From assembly GCA_963747535.1 (NCBI GenBank), contig CAVVFX010000006.1, positions 240,681 to 304,680 on the forward strand: a stretch of 64,000 nucleotides of DNA. Direction: 5' to 3'. This stretch comes from Terriglobia bacterium (lineage in GTDB: Bacteria; Acidobacteriota; Terriglobia; Bryobacterales; Bryobacteraceae). This document shows, piece by piece, positions 47,520 to 55,805 of this stretch; the stretch's first letter is position 1, and every line of letters starts with the position of its first letter. Position numbers and translations under genes: made by a program. The notes beneath the pieces were generated by a model. The model was given only the letters and a program-made list of their open reading frames with translations. It ran no database searches and was not told where the DNA came from.

Positions 47520-47630
47520 GCTCACATTTCAATGCCGTTGTAAAAGTTCGAAAAATGATGCGGGCGACGGGTTCTTCTTCGCGTTGGCTCCTCTACACTG
47601 AAGGTGGTCGGCGAAAGGACCTTGTTTTAT

Positions 47631-47771
47631 ATGAAAAGAATTCTTAGTATTTTGTTAGGCCTGGCACTGGTGCTCGGCACCGTCTCCACCACCTTCGCGC
47701 AAAATGGCTCTACCCATAAGCACAAGAAGGGTGGACACAAGGGCGGCACTCACGGCGGACCGAGCAAGTAG
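47631..47771 (+). CDS. Small secreted His/Lys/Gly-rich peptide (46 aa), not in the supplied ORF track.
   Basis: ATG at 47631 with GAAAGGA upstream. Translates to MKRILSILLGLALVLGTVSTTFA-QNGSTHKHKKGGHKGGTHGGPSK, stop TAG at 47769..47771, then a T-run. Confidence 0.55.
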   Translation: MKRILSILLGLALVLGTVSTTFAQNGSTHKHKKGGHKGGTHGGPSK

Positions 47772-47909
47772 TTTTTTGTTCCGGCGGCTGCGGACACTCC
47801 CTACACGGGCCTGACAGCCTGTGGCAGAGTCGACGGTCACGGTAGGGATGCCGGTTACCCGGCACCTCCCGCACGGATCCGTGCTGGCGCTACTCATTGG
47901 AAATTTCTT

Positions 47910-47939
47910 CAGGATAAGATAACGTTTCATGTTATCCTG
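47910..47939. promoter_or_regulatory. Nested inverted repeat CAGGATAA-GATAAC-GTTTCAT-GTTATC-CTG upstream of the flavoprotein gene.
   Basis: Two overlapping dyads read from the sequence: CAGGATAA/TTATCCTG and GATAAC/GTTATC. It lies 170 bp upstream of the 48112 start. Confidence 0.45.
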
Positions 47940-48111
47940 CCCCTTTCGACCGGCGATTGAGCTATGACCTGCTGAAGGGAAACACGGGGAGACCATGATG
48001 AAAACCATCGCGGCTCATGGAAGTGCGCTCGGCACCGCGGCCTAGACAGCGACCGGTCAGCAGCAAGGATGGACCTTCAGTCTCCAGACGACCAAGTAGA
48101 GGAAACGAAAA

Positions 48112-49725
48112 ATGCCGAAGAGCGTCGCGATATTAGGTGGGGGCGTTGCGGGACTTAGCGCGGCACACGAATTATGCGAGCGCGGCTTCACCGTCTCCGT
48201 GTTTGAGAAGAAGAGTGTGTTCGGCGGAAAGGCCCGGAGCATCCCGTTTCCGGGTGCGAACCGAAGAGACCTACCCGGCGAACACGGATTCCGCTTTTTC
48301 CCCGGATTCTACCGGCACTTACCGGACACGATGGGACGAATTCCCTATAACGGGGTGAACACCGTCGCCGATAATCTGGTCGAAGCGAAGCGCATTCTTC
48401 TGACACGCGCCGGCCTTCCGCCGGTCGATCTGTTGGCGCAACTTCCCCAGGTCCCTCAGGACTGGATCGTCGCGCTCCACGTCTTGCTTACGGGTATCGG
48501 CGTTTCCGACAATGAGGTATTGTTTTTCGTCGACCGTTTGCTGGTCCTGCTGACTACCTGCCCTGAACGCCGTTTGAAGGAATACGAGCAGATCTCCTGG
48601 TGGAATTTTATTCGCGCGGGAGACATGTCGAGAGAGTATCAGACACTTCTGGCCCAGGGGCTCACGCGATCGCTTGTCGCCCTGCGCGCCGATTCGGGCA
48701 GCACCCGGACGGTAGGTTATATTCTGCTTCAACTGTTCGGCGGGATCATCTCGCCCCAGGGTTTCGACAGACTTCTCAACGGACCGACTAACGACGTATG
48801 GCTGTCACCATGGGTCACTTATCTCAAGGGACGGAACGTGACGCTCGAAAGCGGCGTGACGATTCGACAGTTCCAGTTGGGAGCGGCCGGCATAACCGGA
48901 GTGATCGCCGATCAGGCCGGAGCCGCTCTACCGATCACCGCGGACTACTATATAGCGGCGATGCCGATCGAGATCATGGCCGGACTTGTGACTCCGGACC
49001 TGAAGAGTGCTGCGCCTTCGCTATCCGGCTTGAACGCGCTCATAACCAAGTGGATGAATGGCATCCAGTTTTATTTGAAAACCGACGTGCCACTCAATCG
49101 CGGACATACGCTTTATGCCGACTCGCCATGGGCTTTGACGTCCATATCGCAAAAGCAGTTTTGGACCAACGCTCCGTTTTCCAACTACGGTGACGGGACG
49201 TTGGGGGGCATTCTGTCGGTGGACATTTCCGACTGGGACACGGCAGGGATCATTTTCGGCAAACCCGCGCGGAACTGCACGGCAAACGAGATCAAGGAGG
49301 AAGTTTGGGCGCAACTGAAAGCACACCTGAATGTCGGTGGTGCTACCGTGATTCAGGATGACAACCTGATCACCTGGTTCCTCGATCCCGATATGGAATT
49401 CCCCAATCAATCCGCCGTGACGAATCAGGAACCGCTCCTCGTAAACACTGTCGGCTCGCTGCAGTACCGCCCCGACGCCGTCACGCAAGTTCCCAATCTG
49501 TTTATCGCGTCGGACTATGTCAAGACGTACACGGACATCGCCTGCATGGAATCCGCGAATGAGGCAGCGCGGCGAGCGGTCAACGGAATTCTGCGGCAAT
49601 CCGGATCAAATGCGCCACTTGCGCAGTTGTGGCCATTGGAGGAGCCCATTTTCTTCCAGCCGATGGTTGAGTACGACCGGATCCGGTTCAAGCTGGGGCT
49701 CCCGCATGCGTCTTCACCCCTGTAG
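48112..49725 (+). CDS. FAD/NAD(P)-binding oxidoreductase (amine-oxidase / phytoene-desaturase-like fold).
   Basis: N-terminal dinucleotide motif VAILGGGVAGLSAAHEL...VFEKKSVFGGKA. 537 aa. Confidence 0.75.
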   Translation: MPKSVAILGGGVAGLSAAHELCERGFTVSVFEKKSVFGGKARSIPFPGANRRDLPGEHGFRFFPGFYRHLPDTMGRIPYNGVNTVADNLVEAKRILLTRAGLPPVDLLAQLPQVPQDWIVALHVLLTGIGVSDNEVLFFVDRLLVLLTTCPERRLKEYEQISWWNFIRAGDMSREYQTLLAQGLTRSLVALRADSGSTRTVGYILLQLFGGIISPQGFDRLLNGPTNDVWLSPWVTYLKGRNVTLESGVTIRQFQLGAAGITGVIADQAGAALPITADYYIAAMPIEIMAGLVTPDLKSAAPSLSGLNALITKWMNGIQFYLKTDVPLNRGHTLYADSPWALTSISQKQFWTNAPFSNYGDGTLGGILSVDISDWDTAGIIFGKPARNCTANEIKEEVWAQLKAHLNVGGATVIQDDNLITWFLDPDMEFPNQSAVTNQEPLLVNTVGSLQYRPDAVTQVPNLFIASDYVKTYTDIACMESANEAARRAVNGILRQSGSNAPLAQLWPLEEPIFFQPMVEYDRIRFKLGLPHASSPL

Positions 49726-49780
49726 GGGCAGACTCACGATCCACCACCCATAACGGCCCTGAAGCGCGGCTCCCCGCCGG

Positions 49781-50968
49781 TTAGTGATAAGCCCAACTCG
49801 CCAGGTCTTTGTTAAATCGGAAGTTATTCACCGACAGTTGGGCATCGCAGTTGAAAATCACCAACGGCACTTCCGTTTCATGAAGCGAACCGTGGGTCCG
49901 GTAGTCGTCAGGCAGCGCCTCCGATTCCGAATCCAGCTCGCCGAATACGGTATCCCGATCGCCGAGGACGACCAGATCTCCAATGCGCGAAGCCATCAGA
50001 TGAAACCTCCGTACCGCCTCTCCGCGCGTTAGCACCGATTCGACGCCCTTGAGGTCCGACAATAGTTGCGCTACGCGATCGATATCCCGCACGCCATTGC
50101 AATACACCCAGGCCACTCCTCCGTATCCGCGATGCTGCTTCAGATATTTGTCCCGCTCCACGGAGATGGCTGTGCGAATGGGGACTCGTCGCTGTGTGCA
50201 GACCTTTGCGAGATCCCAGCATCTACTCTTGTGATTCATTCCGTGGTCAGCAGTCAGCAGAAACGCCGCATCCGGCGCGGCGGCCGCCGCTTCGCTGAGC
50301 AGTTGGTCCAGCCGCGCCAGATGCTCTTTCGACTCTGCCGCTTCGGGTGGCCACGTGTGCATCGGGTAATCCGTCGTGTGGACGTAAAGGCAGCCGAGAT
50401 CAATCCTGGTTTTTAGCAGGTCAACCATTGCCTTCATCAGCCAGTAGTTGATCTCGCGACTGTAGATATCAGGCGCCGGACCGAGTCGTTTCACCCAGTC
50501 TTGCGGCGGTGCCTCAGCCGCCAGAATCGTAGCCGCACCTGCAGACAGTAACGTCGTGGTCTTCTTTTTGGATGACAGCAGAGCCGACTTCACCCCCACC
50601 TTCTGCGCTCGCTGAAACAACGTCGGAGCCAATAATAGATCTCCGGTTTCCATGTATTCCTCGTGCCCGGTGCGTTCATCGAAGTACGAGTTGCCTGTGA
50701 TGCCGTGCCGGTCGGGCCAAACGCCGCAGCAGATGGAAGCGTTATTCGTGTTGGTAACTGACGGCATGGTGTCCTGAACGCGCCGGAACAGCCCAGATCG
50801 CCGCCAACGCGCAAGGGTGGGCATGGTGCTCTGCTCCAGGTACTCCATGCCGAACCCATCGATCATCAGCACGACCATGCGCTGTGGCTTTCGTTGGGCG
50901 AACATCGGCGCACCCAATAGGGCGGTACCCGAGGTCAGGAACTCACGGCGGCTGGCTGAAGGTTGCAC
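49781..50968 (-). CDS. Alkaline-phosphatase-superfamily phosphoesterase (type I phosphodiesterase/nucleotide pyrophosphatase-like) with a Tat signal.
   Basis: Tat-like signal RREFLTSGTALLGAP. Metal-site motifs MIDGFG and TADHGM. Confidence 0.75.
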   Translation of the reverse strand: MQPSASRREFLTSGTALLGAPMFAQRKPQRMVVLMIDGFGMEYLEQSTMPTLARWRRSGLFRRVQDTMPSVTNTNNASICCGVWPDRHGITGNSYFDERTGHEEYMETGDLLLAPTLFQRAQKVGVKSALLSSKKKTTTLLSAGAATILAAEAPPQDWVKRLGPAPDIYSREINYWLMKAMVDLLKTRIDLGCLYVHTTDYPMHTWPPEAAESKEHLARLDQLLSEAAAAAPDAAFLLTADHGMNHKSRCWDLAKVCTQRRVPIRTAISVERDKYLKQHRGYGGVAWVYCNGVRDIDRVAQLLSDLKGVESVLTRGEAVRRFHLMASRIGDLVVLGDRDTVFGELDSESEALPDDYRTHGSLHETEVPLVIFNCDAQLSVNNFRFNKDLASWAYH

Positions 50969-51270
50969 GGTTATTTATATCATCGACGATTATCCGTTTG
51001 CCACAGACTCCTCACCGGGCGTTCAAGGAGTTTTCCATATCCTGCAACGGGATCATCAGAGGAATCGCGTCCGGGCTTCGCGATCGATCACATCCAGGCA
51101 CTGAAGCGGGTACGTCGTCAAGGAGTACGTAGCCGTGCTGGAATCAAGGTGTTGGCACCCCACGATCTCAGGCGGGGACCGGCTCCGGGGCGCTACTCAA
51201 TTATGAGGCCGGCGGGCGGCGTGAACATGTCGTGAACCTGGCCGTGGGTTCCCGTCGAGGTTCCAATCAG

Positions 51271-51735
51271 TTACGAATGCCGCGGAACGGCTTCCACGGG
51301 ACGGGAAACGCTGCTCATTTGCCCAATCGCTAAATGGCGTCCGCGTTCATTCGGTCGCCGACTTCTCGCCCACGTGCTTACCCTGAGGGCGTTTCTTGAA
51401 ATCGGCAGACCCTCACGCTGATCGCCAGCCTTTCGTGCCTCGCGCAGGCGCATCGCTAGTTCCACTGCAGCAAGCTCATCGAAACTCTCGATACGAATAT
51501 AAGCTGAAGCGCGGAGCGTTGTGAGCACGTCTTGAATATCCGCACCTGCGGTCACCAGCAAGTCGGATAAAGCGGGTGCAGGTACGATTATCTGGTCCCG
51601 CGCCTCCTCGATTTTCCGAACAAGACCAAGGACACGCTCCCGCGCGCGTTCGACCTTCTGACCCTCGCTTCCCTGCTGCAGTTCAGCGTCGGGAAAAATC
51701 AACAGTGAGAGGATTGTGTTATCGAAGGCAACCAC
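51271..51735 (-). CDS. PIN-like domain protein (putative toxin-type nuclease). Tentative.
   Basis: N-terminal MVAFDNTILS resembles the PIN first acidic motif. It lies 4 bp downstream of a 223-aa partner ORF. Weak. Confidence 0.35.
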   Translation of the reverse strand: MVAFDNTILSLLIFPDAELQQGSEGQKVERARERVLGLVRKIEEARDQIIVPAPALSDLLVTAGADIQDVLTTLRASAYIRIESFDELAAVELAMRLREARKAGDQREGLPISRNALRVSTWARSRRPNERGRHLAIGQMSSVSRPVEAVPRHS

Positions 51736-51739
51736 AAGG

Positions 51740-52411
51740 TCACTCTTCTCGCAACTGGCGCATCAGGTCAACCGGATTCATCCGGCCGCAGGCGGGGGGT
51801 ACTAGCCGCTCCCGCAAGCCATCAAACAATTTCGAAAGAGGCGTCTCATCTAGCGGATCGAAGTCCTCGATCACAAATCTCTTTAAAGTCCACGTGCCGG
51901 ATTCCATGCGGGCCCACACTCCTTTTCCGCGTGCGCGAATGGGGCCACCGAAAATATACTCAGCCAGACGACGCGCGGTCGCCTTTGACGTAATGCAGAG
52001 GTGAAATTGATCCCCGGCCTTAAGGTGGACATTGATCGTCTCATCACGGCCGCCAATCTGGACTATTTGACCCTCGATCGCGCCAGCCTGTTCGACTGGT
52101 CCGAGCTGTGCTTCTACATGACGGGTACGCCCCGCGAACTCAATTACCTTGGCTTTGCCGCCGCGGAGAATGTGACCGATGGCGTTGTCTTCGGCGAGTT
52201 TATCGTCGATGTCTCGTAGTGCCCTTCGTGCAGACTCAGGCCCCTGGCCAAAGCGCACCTCTTCGACCCGCCTCTCGACTTTGCGCTGCGCGATCTCGTC
52301 CACACACGCAGCGACGACGCGGCTACCTTGCTTCAGCTCGCCGAAGTGAACGTGGTCACGCTGGCCGAGCAGTTCCGCAAAGCTTGTCATGTAATCGGCG
52401 AGACGCGCCAT
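51740..52411 (-). CDS. Hypothetical protein, upstream partner of the PIN-like ORF.
   Basis: 223-aa ORF with coding-like composition and no motif I recognise. Confidence 0.4.
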   Translation of the reverse strand: MARLADYMTSFAELLGQRDHVHFGELKQGSRVVAACVDEIAQRKVERRVEEVRFGQGPESARRALRDIDDKLAEDNAIGHILRGGKAKVIEFAGRTRHVEAQLGPVEQAGAIEGQIVQIGGRDETINVHLKAGDQFHLCITSKATARRLAEYIFGGPIRARGKGVWARMESGTWTLKRFVIEDFDPLDETPLSKLFDGLRERLVPPACGRMNPVDLMRQLREE

Positions 52412-52827
52412 CGGTATGGCAAGGTGTCTCAGACCTGGTTGGAAGTTTGATTGATAGGACACCAAGCCGACCGAGTTTGGGCCGAATCATCGCAGCAACA
52501 CCGCGTAAGATCGGCGCGGAGGCGATTGAGGTGATCCAAGAGGCCGTTCTGAAGGGATACGGCGCTGAGAGCAAGCATGGGCCACGTTCCGTTTCGTGGT
52601 TTGTATCTGTGGTGCGCAACTATTGGGCGGACAGAGAGCGGCGCGTACTTCCGCCGGCGGCGGCCAATAACGGGATGGACTCCGTCGAATTCGACAGCAT
52701 GACGGCTGCTATTGAACTGCCAGACGCCACGGAGCCACATTGCCTGCCGGAGGGGTAATCTGTGTGTCGGCCTGAACACGAACAGAGAACTAAAAAGGAG
52801 CACAGTTGGTTATAATACTCGTGGATT

Positions 52828-53145
52828 GTGCAGACAGAGCTTCAAATTCGCGATGAGTTGGACGGCGTAACCCTCAGATCAACTGGGGAGTATACCGTCG
52901 TGGAGAAGTTGATCGCGTGTGGCGTCTCCTCGATGTTTGTTGGTTTCCTTGCGGACTTCGTTGCGCCGTGGCCTATCACCGCTCTCATGGCCACCCTTGG
53001 AGCATGGAGCGGCTACAACCAGACGAGGCATGGCAAGAGAGCCGACTTACGCGTTACGAATCTTGAATTCCACACGAGCAAACGCCTTTGGGTATTGGGC
53101 CCGAACGGTTCGGTGCCTCGGGCGGCTATCGTCGGTCTTGAATAA
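52828..53145 (+). CDS. Hypothetical small membrane protein.
   Basis: 105-aa ORF with two hydrophobic segments. Confidence 0.3.
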   Translation: MQTELQIRDELDGVTLRSTGEYTVVEKLIACGVSSMFVGFLADFVAPWPITALMATLGAWSGYNQTRHGKRADLRVTNLEFHTSKRLWVLGPNGSVPRAAIVGLE

Positions 53146-53748
53146 AGGCCGGGAGGGAACGGCGGCGATGACGGAAGCCGACCACGCGGATTATACGCAA
53201 CGCTGACATTCGGAAGGTCTCAGTGCCTTCTGCCGTACCTTGATGAACAGCAGGTGGGTACCGCAATCGAGGCGATCTATAAACGCTTTCCAGACACGCC
53301 CATAAAGTCTCAGCAGTCTCCCTTTGACCGGCACTACACCACTCTTGGCTTGTAGGATTGGCCGTTCGACAAGACTCTCGTCGAATGGGGAGCGGGCCTT
53401 CGGCTAGCGTTTCGAAGCCGGGGGTATGAGAAATCTCTGACGGATGGCCCTGGCGACCGTGGCGGAATCGCGCTCACGTGTGACCACGTTTCCAGAGAAA
53501 CCTGGTTGCCTGGGCCTGGATCGTTCTTGCCTTTCTCGGCGACAGGTGCAGTCGGGCCTTGGGTTTTCGTTAGAAACAGGGAGGGTTTATCCGAAGATAA
53601 AGTGGCAAAACGTGGTAGGGTCGGCCATTGGTTTGTGTCGGGGGATGCCCAACGGGCACCCGGAAACAAACACCCCGGTAGGCGGGAGCCGAACCGGGGT
53701 GTGAATTCTGCAAGCCCGATGCCTTGCGGCAGAGCGGGAACACTCCCA

Positions 53749-54153
53749 TTATACTCCGCCGTCAAGGGGTGTGATATCCAGAGCTGCGAGGACGGCGCGT
53801 TGAATGGCGGCAAGGTCATCGGGCCGCAAGCGGGGAGTAGCGTATTGGCCGTTCAACTTCACGCGGTCAAGGCGGTGAAAGGCAACGCACGTGACCATGT
53901 CGCCTTTGGCCCACGTATCCTTCACTGGATCGAAAAACGGATAGGCACCGGCAGGGATCAGATGATGGAATCGCTCAATGGGATACGGCATGACGGTACT
54001 AAATGGAACCACCAAACAGAGTCCGGAATGGTGACGGCGACGCGGGGACATGACCACCACGTGCCGGCGCTTTACCATCTCCGGCGGCTGAAAACCCGTG
54101 GTGAAGTCGCAAATCAGCACCGTTCCGGGGTTTGGGTGAAAGGTGATGGGCAT
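53749..54153 (-). CDS. MazF/PemK-family toxin-like protein.
   Basis: GTVLICDFTTGFQPPEMVKRRHVVVMSP fits the MazF/Kid pattern G.V...DF...G.E....RP.VV.S. 134 aa. Confidence 0.55.
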   Translation of the reverse strand: MPITFHPNPGTVLICDFTTGFQPPEMVKRRHVVVMSPRRRHHSGLCLVVPFSTVMPYPIERFHHLIPAGAYPFFDPVKDTWAKGDMVTCVAFHRLDRVKLNGQYATPRLRPDDLAAIQRAVLAALDITPLDGGV

Positions 54154-54356
54154 CAGCCGTTCCGCTTCGCCTTCTGCGTCGTGGTACGCGCGGCGGCTGC
54201 GGCTGCGCTGGCCTTCTTCGCCCGGGTGGCGCGCTGTGCGGCGGTCATATTGGCGGCGGCTGTCTTTCCACCCGTACTGCCGCCAAGCTTTCCGCCTTTG
54301 GAACCTTGTTTCCGGAAGAACTCCAGAACCTCTGGAGGTAGCTTCTTTCTGGACAT
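54153..54356 (-). CDS. Lys/Ala/Gly-rich 67-aa protein, putative cognate antitoxin (atypical).
   Basis: Its stop overlaps the toxin start (ATGA). Sequence MSRKKLPPEVLEFFRKQGSKGGKLGG...AKKASAAAAAARTTTQKAKRNG is low-complexity and basic. Confidence 0.4.
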   Translation of the reverse strand: MSRKKLPPEVLEFFRKQGSKGGKLGGSTGGKTAAANMTAAQRATRAKKASAAAAAARTTTQKAKRNG

Positions 54357-54634
54357 CGCTTCCAATCTTACACCGGGTCTTAGACTTGAATCGCGGATTT
54401 CCATTTACCTAACAGGGGGTATTAGGTATAATCGAGTTTGGGCCCTTCCGGAGGGATACCCTCCGAGCGCATTAGATAATCCCGCGTTCTGGCCAACGCT
54501 GGCTCTTGAAGCCTCGTCCACAGCCAAGCGTTTGAGTTTAGGAAGTGTGTAGCAAGCCGCCGCATGGTAAGGACTTGCATGGCATGAGGAAAGTCGAATT
54601 AGTCTACTCTACGGAGTGGACCAGCGTTTAAATC

Positions 54635-54820
54635 GTGTGGACTATCCGATTAGTCCACACAAAACGAGGCCGAGCCATGCTGGAACGGTACTCCCATATC
54701 CGCATGGCCGCGAAACGTGAGGCAGCGAAAGCGCTAAGCGCGTCGCCCATGGCAACGGCTAACAAAAATGAGCAGGGCACAAAAACGGACACACTGAACC
54801 ATTTGACGGCTATTCAGTGA
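54635..54820 (+). pseudogene. Tyrosine-integrase C-terminal remnant adjacent to the tRNA-Lys 3' end.
   Basis: MLERYSHIRMAAKREAA matches the extreme C-terminal (M/T)ERYAHL catalytic-Tyr motif of phage integrases. An in-frame stop lies immediately upstream, so there is no catalytic body. It ends 22 bp from the tRNA 3' end. Confidence 0.5.
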
Positions 54821-54841
54821 TCCCTAAGTCATTGAAAAAAG

Positions 54842-54917
54842 TGGTGAGCGCGGTGGGAATCGAACCTACAACCTAGTGATTAAGAGTCACTTGCTCTGCC
54901 AATTGAGCTACGCGCCC
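54842..54917 (-). tRNA. tRNA-Lys (anticodon CTT).
   Basis: The reverse complement folds as GGGCGCG-TA-GCTC-AATTGGCA-GAGC-A-AGTGA-CTCTTAA-TCACT-AGGTT-GTAGG-TTCGATT-CCCAC-CGCGCTC-A-CCA. The CCA end is encoded. Confidence 0.88.
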
Positions 54918-55010
54918 TACAGTGCAACTGGGGATTGAAACGCGATGTTCTGCGCCTCTCAAAACATTCTAACACTACCGCTGCCGGAGATCTACCGCTT
55001 GCAGTCCGGA

Positions 55011-55610
55011 TTACAGCCGCCGCTCCATTCCCGCCAAAAATATCTCGACCATATCGTTCCCATAAACGTCGCGACTCGACTTCACCACCGTGTCGCGGAA
55101 TAAAGCCTGTACCGTCGCATGATGGACAGCCATGCCAACCAGCGCCCGCGCGGCGTTGAACGGGTCGATGTCGTTGCGGAACGCGCCTTCGTCGATCCGC
55201 TTCCGGATGTAGGCCGATATACGGTCGTAGAACTCGGCTGCATCCCTCTCGAAAAAAAGATCCGCGAGTTCGTGACCTTCGAGTGCGCTGAAAAGCAATA
55301 GCCGCAAGTAAGACGGATCGCGCTCCACCCGCTGCAGCAGCAGTCTCGCCACAGCGCCGAAGAACTCGCGGTCGCCACGCGGTTTTTCAACCTCCTGCCA
55401 GTGTTCATTGTCCTGCCGGCGCTCACGTGCCTTGGACTCAATGATCGCGCGGTATAGATCGCGCTTGGTTTCGAAATGCTGGTAAATAACGGGTTCGGTG
55501 ACGTCGAGCGCGGCGGCAAGTTCGCGCGTCGTAGCGCCACGGAAACCCTTCTCGGAAAAAAGGCGCACGGCTGCCGCGATGATAGCATCCCGTCGCTCCC
55601 CGCTCTTCAT
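55011..55610 (-). CDS. TetR/AcrR-family transcriptional regulator.
   Basis: N-terminal HTH RRDAIIAAAVRLFSEKGFRGATTRELAAALDVTEPVIYQHF. The start is set at MKSGERR. Confidence 0.85.
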   Translation of the reverse strand: MKSGERRDAIIAAAVRLFSEKGFRGATTRELAAALDVTEPVIYQHFETKRDLYRAIIESKARERRQDNEHWQEVEKPRGDREFFGAVARLLLQRVERDPSYLRLLLFSALEGHELADLFFERDAAEFYDRISAYIRKRIDEGAFRNDIDPFNAARALVGMAVHHATVQALFRDTVVKSSRDVYGNDMVEIFLAGMERRL

Positions 55611-55805
55611 TCGAGTCTTGACTGTAGGATTCGTCACGTTTTCCCCCGACCGATCTATAGTAGCGGAAAAAAATATCCCGCGCAGCGGGGGGCAGCATCG
55701 GATGACGTCTTCGCTCAGTCGGGGAAACCGGAAGATGAGCATCGGGGAAAACCGGAGACAAACGGCGGACGATTACAAATGATCGTCCGCCATACAGGTA
55801 GCGCT

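Noticed and set aside
53300-53750. RNase P RNA, tmRNA, SRP RNA or group II intron domain V in the non-coding stretch.
   Set aside because: By-eye comparison found none of the invariant motifs (GGAAAGTCCGG, TTCGACGGG...CTCCACCA, GGAAGGAAGCAGC, domain V GAGC...CGGTTC). It is left as an unexplained region.
54635-54660. The hairpin TGTGGACTA-TCCGA-TAGTCCACA as a rho-independent terminator.
   Set aside because: No downstream T-run follows, so a regulatory or att-site role is more likely. It is noted within the island finding instead.
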